Positions 54,121 through 64,000 of a stretch of DNA of 64,000 bases are shown here, piece by piece. The stretch is from Chrysomallon squamiferum (Eukaryota; Animalia; Mollusca): assembly GCA_012295275.1 (NCBI GenBank), contig CM022678.1:7936001-8000000 (forward strand). The letters run 5' to 3'. Under the pieces are notes generated by a model that worked only from the letters and a program-made list of their open reading frames with translations, was not told the origin of the DNA and did no database searches. Position numbers and translations under genes: made by a program. Numbering within the stretch: position 1 is the stretch's first letter; each line of letters starts with the position of its first letter.

Positions 54121-57100
54121 AGTGAAACTGAAGTGATTACTACCCTTGATTTCAGCTATGTTTGATACATGAGTGATAGAACAGATTGTGATGCTGTATA
54201 AATATACGACTGTACTCTGTGTCACACTTTTATTACCCGATGGATTGTAAATAGTGGACGATTGTGGATTTTGCGAGTGCCTTCAAGCCGATCGGTATGA
54301 ACTAATTTTGAAATTTAGTAATCATTATTATTATGTTGGCCTTCTTTTCGGGATGCCTAACTTGAAGTGGAAAAGAAAATCCCCCAATGCAAGGACTGGT
54401 ATCGCCAACCAACACTTGGAAGAGAACTTTTCCAACGGAATTCCAGTTTCTTTGGCGAATTTCTTAAATGGTCACGTATTCAATATTGTTTATTTTTGTC
54501 TTTCGCTGTGAAAAATGCTGTGCAAAGACCTTTAGAGAATTTCAATCATATATCCCCAATAATATTACTGGTCATCAGAGAAATACAGTTTTGAATTATA
54601 TTACATCACAAATTCAGAAACTTGTTGACAACACACTGAACAAGTTCAAGAAACTCAGTGACACTGTGGAATTCAGTATGTTTGATTCCATTTGTCACGA
54701 AAGTTTTGATCAGCTGAACCTGACCAGTACTGTTTCCACAGTTATGTCATGTATTATCCAGCCAGTGGAAGTCCCTCAGGCTGATGAAGAAAATGCCATT
54801 GTTCTTCCCAGTACCAAGCCTGTTGCTGTGTCCCCACTGAAAACCAGGCAGATAAGAAAGTGCCATAACTGTGAGAGATATCATGAAAGTTCGCAATTTG
54901 CCAAACAGAAAGTGAGAAACAGGATCTCTTAAAACGTCAGAATTAAAATCTGCTTATTACTAATTACTTATATTGCTCTTTTAATAGCTTGAATTGAGAG
55001 AACTAGTTACCATCTATCTTCAGTCCAAATTTCACTAATAAAATTTGATTATTAAGAAAGTTACATGCATTTTAATGAAAAACAATAGGATTTTGGTCAC
55101 GCCATTTTAATGCAAATGCTTTAAATAATAGAACAATTAATTAGTGTTAATTGAAAACGTTAAAATGCTGTAACTTCCTTAATACTCAACAGAATCACAT
55201 GATGTTTGTTGTTTTTTATAGGGTTTTTAGTTCTTTTCAGCAATGTTATTTAATGAAGTAGGTATTATCTGAATTTTTTGTCCACATACCTAATGATACA
55301 CGAGGTAAATATTACAATTATGAGCCTCGAAGCTGCTTGATAAAATTTCAAAGGCATTAAGATAAAAAAAAAAAAACAATTAATTATTATGCCCAGCTAC
55401 TTTTCATTCGTCTCACGTAACCGGTTTTAATGATTCTGTAAAAGTTTCAAGATGGCGACCGAACACCGAAATGACCAACAGACAGTATTTCACGAGGTAA
55501 ACATAACAATTAACAACGTCCAAACAGCGTAGGTACAAAAAACACTCAACGGAATCAAAATATTCGAAATCGTGAGCACTTACCAATATCCCATCTGTGC
55601 AGAAATCCCAAGAAAAGAATATAACACGAGCCAGTGAAAAGTGAACAAACGGTGCCCACACTAATGCGAAATACGTTTGAAGTGAAACAGCTGATTGATG
55701 TGAAATGGCGATTATGTGCACTACGTCACTTCCCGACTGTTCTTTTCATTGTTCTCCGCCACCTGGTATTTTCGGTTGTCTTACATTGAATATCCGCGGG
55801 GGATAATATCCCACTGCACTCTCTTGTTTTATTTAATATAACATTTTTTCTATTCTATTAAAACAAAAATTAAATGGCGAAGAAATAAATACCCGCAAAT
55901 TGTATTCCGATAAAAATTAGTTTATTTTTCACATATCAATATTATCAGAGATCTTCGTGTCATTTTAGTAGTAATGTTTTTGCTCTTTCCAATGATACAT
56001 TATGTTTTAGGAAATTAATAATTTTGGTAAATTTGTCACATACGTGCAGTTACTTGAATTAGTGAAAATCAAAATGGCCAAGCATGGCTATTAATAGTAT
56101 TATAATATTAATGGATTTACTGACATAGTGACATACCTACCCGAGCTGAAGTTCTTGTGTGTTTGTATATTTAACTTCCTTGTAGTTATAACTCTTACAT
56201 AATCAATACACTATTCGTGAATCACAGTTATAGTTTAAAGTATATGATAGGAATAAGAAATCTTAAATCAAACTTACATGTGGTCTCCGGATGTTCTTGA
56301 TTCTCAAATGAGCTCAGGAGTTGCGTTATAGAAAAATCAAATGTTTATTCTGTTGTATTCTTATCAAGTTGAAAACTTTATAATTAATCACAGTTTTATC
56401 CTTTTTATTCATGTTTCTTACTGTTCATTTACTGTTATAAATGCTTACAGTGCTAATTAATACTGAATAGTAAATTGTGAGTAATTGATAACTAAGTTTT
56501 TTCTTTTTTTACATCCACAGTATCAGGTATATTTACTCCTGCCATGGCGAGCAAATTTGTCATAATTTCAGATTTTAGTTGTTCGTTTTCAAGACTTTGT
56601 TAAAACCAAATTGCGCTAGAAACATGTTTACAATAAAACTCCAGATTAAAAAAATAAAGTTATTCCTCTTTCAAATAGTGTATCATTACCTTACGTCTGT
56701 CTACTAAAAAAAAATTCAAAATGTTAATGCCATTTAACAATACTATAACTAAACATTTCACACTGACATGACAGATGAGTATCAGACTTGTGAGGAGGCG
56801 CAAGCAAACAAGGACAATGTTTGTGATGTAGTTACTCTGTAACTCTGATGATAATCTTGTAATAATATCTCATTATGGGAAAAAGTGAAGAAGACAAAAT
56901 CTTAAGTAAGATGTATTGATGCTTCCCCCCCAACACACACAGTTACGCTGAGTCAAAAGCTACTTCAGACTCTTTATTACATTTATAAGTATGTCAGACA
57001 CCCAGTTCTACCATCAGCTCTTTTATAAATATTTGTGTGTTGACAGAAACCAGTAATGAAAGATGTGATGCTTCAAAAAGGGTAATAAAATCGTTAAAAA

Positions 57101-60016
57101 CAATATTGTTACAACGATTCAGTTACTGTTCTAAATATTCAGTTGTTTACCGTTTGTATTTGTTTATCTTTCTTACAGTTAAAATTAAAAATAAAGTGTA
57201 ACATTAAAATTTTACAATTTGAAGCTATATTAGCCTTGACATTACTGTGTACTTTTTGTTTTTATTCTGAAGTTTGTTTTCATCTAATGTTAAAATAAAT
57301 ACAATTAGACAAATATATAATTATGTAATGGTTCATGTATACTTTAAATACAGGTTTAAGTTGCAGTGTTTTTTTATCTCTAAAAGTTAATGCTTGTAAT
57401 GATCATTTATTTTACTGTTGTTTTAGTTTTCCTGTTGCCAAAAAATTATACGTTTGCAACAAGCTCTAATATATTTCAGTCAAATGAGAAAACTTGAGTC
57501 ACTAATGCCATGCAGTACTGCTGAAAAATCTATTATGTTTCTGTTAACTGAAAATAAAATACTTGTCAATACAGCATCACATTTATCTAGTTCCTTCTCA
57601 CAGTAAACACATTTATGCATATGTATGTGTGTGTGTCTATCTTTCTGTTTTTCTATCATTTGTGTCTAATTCTCTACTGTGTACATAAGTTTAGACTAAC
57701 ACAAACATATATGAAAAAAGGTGTATGTTTATCAGATATTTTATCATTCTTGGAATTTCACTGTGTATATAACAATTGCTTTTGTTTTTCTTAAAGTTTC
57801 TCATCTAATAAAAAGCATTTCATTTGAAATCATAATTTCTTTTCAGTTTGTTGGAACTTGATTTGGGAATAAATGCTGTTTATTAATGAGCATAAAATTA
57901 TGCTTTATGGAAGTATTATTTGTATCTGCTTATAATATTGTCAGAATAATGATAAAAATAGAGAAAAAATTACATTATATGGTCACACAATAGAAGAAAT
58001 GTCTGTTTGTTTGTGAGAGTTATAGTTCTGTCTGATGTGAAAGTGAAGGATAGAAACAGTGAAGAACTTTGTATCTGCAAGAAGCCATGACATTAGGTAC
58101 ACATTGCAATGATTCAGTGTGAAAATATTTAGTTTAATACCTCTGTAGTTCTGTGACTATTCAGTGCTTCTCTAAAGGAACAAAAGATGAGGAGATCACT
58201 TTCACTTGTGGAAGAAATTAATGATAACATGAAATATAACATTAAAGATAATTTATTCTCAGTTAAGGAAGTTGTGATGAGAAAATTATTTTGAGGAAAA
58301 ACCAGCAGAAAACTTAGCTCGGTGGATGTAGCATAGCAGTAGAAGGTAAGGATATAATCAGTTTTTCTTTTTTTTATCTCATTCATATTCTATCCACCCC
58401 ATCGTTAGAAATGTATACCAAGCACTTGTTCTATATCTGAGAAGTACTTTACATATAAAATTCCAATGCAGACAACATTTGAATTGGAAGCTGGACAGTG
58501 GGAAAATTTACTAATAAAATGGGTGACAGTTTTAACATGGCAAATAGCAAGAGGTTTTAGTTCATTAAAATAAAGCAATCCATATATAGTTTTCATGTTC
58601 AAATATCATCCATCGTGTAACTTCTACTACCAAAAAATCAAAAAGGAATAAACTGTATGCTGCTCAGGCTTACTGTACTTTTGCAGACTGGTCTGTGAAT
58701 GGTGGCTTGAAAATGTATAAACTGAACAGAGCAGAATCGGAAGAAAACTCAACAGTAATGTATTGAATAAAACAAACTGCATAGACTTTTCCTGTTTGTA
58801 TTAACCATGTAGTACAATATTCAAATTTCTCAGTAGGTTATGATAAAAATCTTGTAAGATATACAAAATGATTTGTGAAAAAGATGTAATAAAAATATTT
58901 ATATTTTTGCATAGCTTAAAACTCGGGTTTACAAGTATAAACAAATAAATAGCATTTTAATGGTAAACATCATCAACATTACATATTATAAATATTTCCA
59001 TAAATTTAAACAAAAAAAGTATTTCTGAGTATAAAATTTTGTTAGAGTACAAACAGATAATCTTCAAGACATGATTTGTAAGAAAGACAAATCGAGAATT
59101 TTCAAAGATCGACTCGTACATAACAGACTGTTTGTTTCTGTGTTGATCACCTCAGTTTTCTCAATCAGTTCAATAACCACAGCAAATAATCTCAGCTTGA
59201 TTACAGCATAACTGACAAGTGCTCAAGTAAATGTGTTATGCAGAAGATGATGCCTGACAAAAATGAAGTGATATTTATTTGTTTTTCTTACAGTTTATTT
59301 GTTTTTATTTATTTGTTTTTTCTCTCTCAGATTAATTTTATTTTTTGCTAAATACAGATGACAAATTACAGATCTTAAATTACAGAACCATATCTTGAAG
59401 ATTATTAATAAATAAAATCCACAAATAAACTGTCAGTAAAAAAACACAAAATAATTTACAAACAAAAGAACTTTACAAACTAAAATAAATAAAACAAACC
59501 AAATTGCACTGTAAAAACGTGAAGTTAATCAAATAACAGATTAAAATTCTATTTACTATTAAACATATTCCCATCTATATTCTTAGCACCATTATGACAT
59601 TAGATAATTGAGTTATCATACATATGCAGATACAACAATGTAAGAACAACTATGAAGGCACCATTAAACTGTAAAAGTGGAAGTTTGAACATATATTAAA
59701 TACAGAATATATATCAGTTTACCATCACCGACAACAACAAAACAAACAACATGGCAATGGCTTTAAACAAAAAATTGTTTTTAAAATGTACATTCAAACA
59801 GTCTTAAGTTTTGTCAAACACAGTTATTATTTGTCTGTGTTTCAGATTTTAGATTTTAGTTCAGCAACAGTGTTAAACACATTTCAACATTATTAATGGA
59901 AATAGCACCACACAGATATAATAATTTTTATTGTTATACTTCAAAGTTGTTTTATTAGCCTCTTGTCAGAATACACCCACTGAATAAACCCATCAAAGAA
60001 AACTATTACTGATCTA

Positions 60017-60229
60017 CAGGGTGTCCACAAAGTCTGGGTACATGGGGAATTTTACTTTTTTTATTTATTTATGTTATTTTTCTTACCCAGATCGAATGAT
60101 GGCTCTGTCTAAAGAAGAAAGAATCGAGTTGGTATTAACATTATTTATTAACATTAGAATTAAATAAAACTCTTTTATTTTAAAAGTATGTGTTAATCCC
60201 TTATGTACCCAGACTTTGTGGACACCCTG
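60017..60229 (+). mobile_element. Tc1/mariner-family deletion derivative (MITE)
   Basis: 27-bp TIRs CAGGGTGTCCACAAAGTCTGGGTACAT. TA lies on the left (60015-60016) and AA on the right. An internal transposase-start-like peptide MALSKEERIELVL begins at ~60099. Confidence 0.88.
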
Positions 60230-60368
60230 AAGTGAAAATTCATCTGTTTAAATAGAGAAACAGTCCATGGTTTAATAGAGAAAGCCACTGTAATGATCCC
60301 TCTGAAGAGAATTTTGTCACTTATCTAGAGACAAATCTCCAGTTGAGAGAAATATTCTCATTTCAGTT

Positions 60369-62017
60369 TTAAATGTTGTCTTCTCGCAGCTTGATGGAGA
60401 ATCTCTTGCGCAGTCCACGGATAAAATCATCAGGAACCTGTGCAGCTCTGCTTTCAAGTGTTTCTGGCGAATCAACAAAATCCTCATCGGAATCCTGGAA
60501 AAAAGAAAAAAAAAGGAAAATTAAAATTTATTTAAATTTATGTTAAGTGACTATAATAATTTTATTTTTATTTTTTTTAATCTAAAATAATTCTGTCCAG
60601 TTTATTAAATTTTAAAGTTTTATCCGAGACAATATTCATATTTAATAATAAATCAGTCTGACTTATATTGATATTAGGCAAAACTAAAAAAAAACAAATT
60701 CAAAAAAGGAATCTTAATAATAAAGTGGATGTAGAAATATTTCAGTTCTGTGAGTAAGAAAAAGAAAAAAGTAAAATAAAAATATCCACCCTACTGCATA
60801 ATTATAATAAAAATTATATATATATGTTACACACACCACTCACTCACACACACATCCTTTCACCAATGTTTAACACATCGGAAATAAATGTTATTTTAAA
60901 TGACAATCAACAACAACAACAATGTTAAATCCCTTTAATCTATTATTGGCTAAAATTAAAACCAAAACAGAAAAATACAAATGTCCTAATTCTCTTTATC
61001 TAAATTTTCATTAAATAAATTATTAACTGAAATAAAACTTTTTGTTTTAGTACAAACATTCTAAACAACTAATAAAGGAGGAAAGATCAAAGTGAATATT
61101 TTTATATGGATTTTTTCATAACCTTTGATATAAAAATATTTTTAACCTTTACACAGATAATGGTATTATTATTTTTTGTTAACTAAAGAAGAATATTTTT
61201 CTCAAGTATATTGATAGATTACCAAAAGAAATATTAATATTCTAATATTTGTGTTTCTTTTTATTCATTAACCTTGACCATATCTGAACTTTAAACTTTA
61301 CTGACCTCTGACCCTAAATGGAGATCTAAATATTCTTCTTCTTTGAATACAATGGCTGCAACTTTCTTACAAATTTCATCAACATTTTCTGAAAAGAAAG
61401 TAGAACATCTGGATAAATAAAAGTAAATTACTCAATAAAGTGAACATCTATGAAGTTACAGATGAAGAAAGAAAGAAAGAAAGAAAGATGAAAGACAGTA
61501 TAAGAAAGAATGAGAGAACAAAATAAAAAATAAAAATAAATGAAATAAAAATTTAAAAAAAAAAAGAAAAAAAAGAAAAACATTAAAGAACGAAAAAATA
61601 AACATAAAAATAAATATATAAATAACTGAGGGCATAAATGAATAATTAAATACCCCCCCACTTTAAACAGTTTCATCTTGACCTAACACATCTCCTCATC
61701 TCTGGAACAGTCCACCTGTAATTAATCATCAATCACAACTAAATATCAATCTGTGTAAATACGACAGTGTATCGACAGAAAAGAGAAATCAAACAAGAAT
61801 GATAACAAAACATGAAGGATATAATCAGTCTGGTAACATACCTTGTTTAAGTTTTTCTTCTACTTTTGTGATTATGTCATCAATTTTATTCAAATGAGAT
61901 TGTGTATCATAAATCAGGTCATCCCCAGATCTGTGCGTAACACTCAAAGTTATGTCAACAAGCTGGAAAGAGTTCAACTCGATCATCATAAGACAACTTT
62001 AAAATATTTGAGATCTG

Positions 62018-62060
<43 letters not shown>

Positions 62061-63401
62061 GACAGTGAAAAAAAAAATAAATTCCTGCATTTATACTAAT
62101 AGTAACAGCAACAACAACATCAACTAAAACAAAAAAATAATAATTACTGATGACTGTTTTTCATTCTGACATTAAGAAATACATTTCACACATTAATAAT
62201 TTTGAATGTATTCAAAATAATAATAACAGTAATAACAATAAAAATAGTAATAGTAATAGTAATAATAATACTAATGGTAATAATAATACTAATATTAACA
62301 AAACGGATAACAAATATCAATATTAACAACAATAATAAAAAAAATAATAACAGTAATAAAAATCACAATGATAAAGGGACCCAAATAATATCAGTAACAA
62401 CAATAAATGTGCACAGGTTTAATATTATATTATTTCTATTTTTACCTCAGCAAGTTTTTCTTTATAATTTTTTTTCAGATCAGTAGCACTGTCAAACATT
62501 TGTCCAGTGTAGAGGGCTGAATAGTCTGATAGTCTGCAAAATGTCGTCATCTTTACCAGCAAAATCTACCCCTGTCTGTCTGCTTGCAATTTCATTTGCT
62601 TTACCAAAATCTATAACTTTTATATCCAAAGGTTTCTGAAACATGACATTACCAGCTGGAAGATAAATAAGTAAATAAATGAATAAATAAATAAAAAAAT
62701 AGAATAAAATAAAATAAATAAATAAGAAACTAAATAAATAAATTAAATAAAATAAAATAAATAAGAAACTAAATAAATAAAATAAAATAAAATAAATAAA
62801 TAAGAAACTAAATAAATAAAATAAAATAAAATAAATAAATAAGAAACTAAATAAATAAGTAAATCAATATAACTTTAAAAAAAACAAATTCAGATATGTT
62901 TTGGAGACTATGACCTAAAAGTGCTATAACCTAACCAATACAATACAAATAAAATTTAACCTAACCAATACAATACAAATAAAATTTATGAAGAAAAACG
63001 TGATTACATCCATTGATCTTTTTCAACTACGTTTCTGTATCCTGTATTCATGTAGTTAAGTTTAGTCAGAATTTTCAGCGATTTTAATTTTAACAGCCAT
63101 GGAGATGGGAGTTGTAAATAGACAGTTAACAATATCAGGAATAAAAATATTTGTATATCTGAATAACTGTCAGGTGCTACTTAATAAGATCTATTTGGGG
63201 ATTCTAAGGACTGTGTAAATATGCTAAGTAATTAAAAATGCTTCAAACTATGCAGGTCTCCGTGACTCCAGTTCTTTTCATGCATCCTTCTGACTGCACT
63301 GAGTAAACCTTTGAAAACGTAGAGAGAAAACGGGCGGCGACAATCCGCAGGTATTACACTCTCCTCCAAGATGTCTTTCAGTGTGATTGCTGAATATTGA
63401 T

Positions 63402-63447
<46 letters not shown>

Positions 63448-63479
63448 TAACAACAATAATAAAAATATAAAAAAAATAA

Positions 63480-63524
<45 letters not shown>

Positions 63525-64000
63525 GCTACTACTACTAATAGTAATAAAAAAATCAGAAAGCAGTACAAATTGAAAATGAAATAGAACAAAATGAATGTGT
63601 TAAATATTCAAGTATGCACTCTGAAAAAATCATTATGAAAATAGTTCAAATAAGAACTTTTATTTAATGCTAAAAACAATTTGTATCTACATGTGTATCT
63701 ACATGCGTGATTGCAAAATTCTTTTTATACTGATTATATCTGTAACCAGCCAGTAAATAAAACTATATCTATAGCAAAATTTATTATCTGCAGTTGAATA
63801 TAAAATGATAATAAAAGAAACATTTGTTATATTTTGTTTCAGGGTAGCACAAGAGCTATTTTTAAATAAAAGGTAAAATAAAAATTTGCTTCTTCTCACC
63901 TTGCTTGAGTTCTTCCATGTGAAAACAGATCTCATTCTCTTCCCTTCTAATCAGATACAACTTGGGTACAAATTCTGTTTCATTCAAATCAACCCAACAT
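60369..64000 (-). pseudogene. Kinase copy B, 3' part (paralogue of copy A), with two frameshifts
   Basis: Exons >64000-63900, 63389-63249 (HGDLH), 62655-62446 (TGNV..DFGKA; 1-nt loss near 62514 gives TGA at 62492), 62014-61842 (1-nt gain near 61968), 61388-61306, and 60494-60369 (DSDEDF..EDNI*). Intron phases match copy A. Confidence 0.8.

Noticed and set aside
56200-59550. Region between the duplicated block and the end of kinase B, including a donor-like GTAAGT at ~56277 (-)
   Set aside because: I could not build a convincing exon chain or repeat structure. The first exon of kinase A remains unlocated.

Overview
AT-rich, microsatellite-rich animal genomic DNA with spliceosomal introns. The gene content suggests an invertebrate, possibly a mollusc, but that assignment is inference. 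From left to right the window holds: a composite satellite array (1-3397); a decayed Ty3/Gypsy LTR retrotransposon with a tRNA-Ser(GCU) PBS and no TSD (3398-8243); a possible small spliced + strand gene; a two-exon RING/coiled-coil/beta-propeller TRIM-NHL-like gene with no B-box and a 24-aa Thr-rich repeat (20142-22544, -); and a 200-N gap. Beyond the gap are two tandem minus-strand paralogues of a NIK/MAP3K14-COT-like kinase. Copy A splices into an uninterrupted frame of at least 603 codons, has phase-compatible exon-cassette arrays on both sides of the kinase domain, and lacks an activation segment/APE motif. Copy B is partial and has two frameshifts. Their C-lobe exons look more diverged than the neighbouring introns. 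Between the copies lie a long-TIR Sola2-like DNA transposon, duplicated promoter-like blocks, transposon debris and MITEs. All gene models and family calls were made by eye, without searches.
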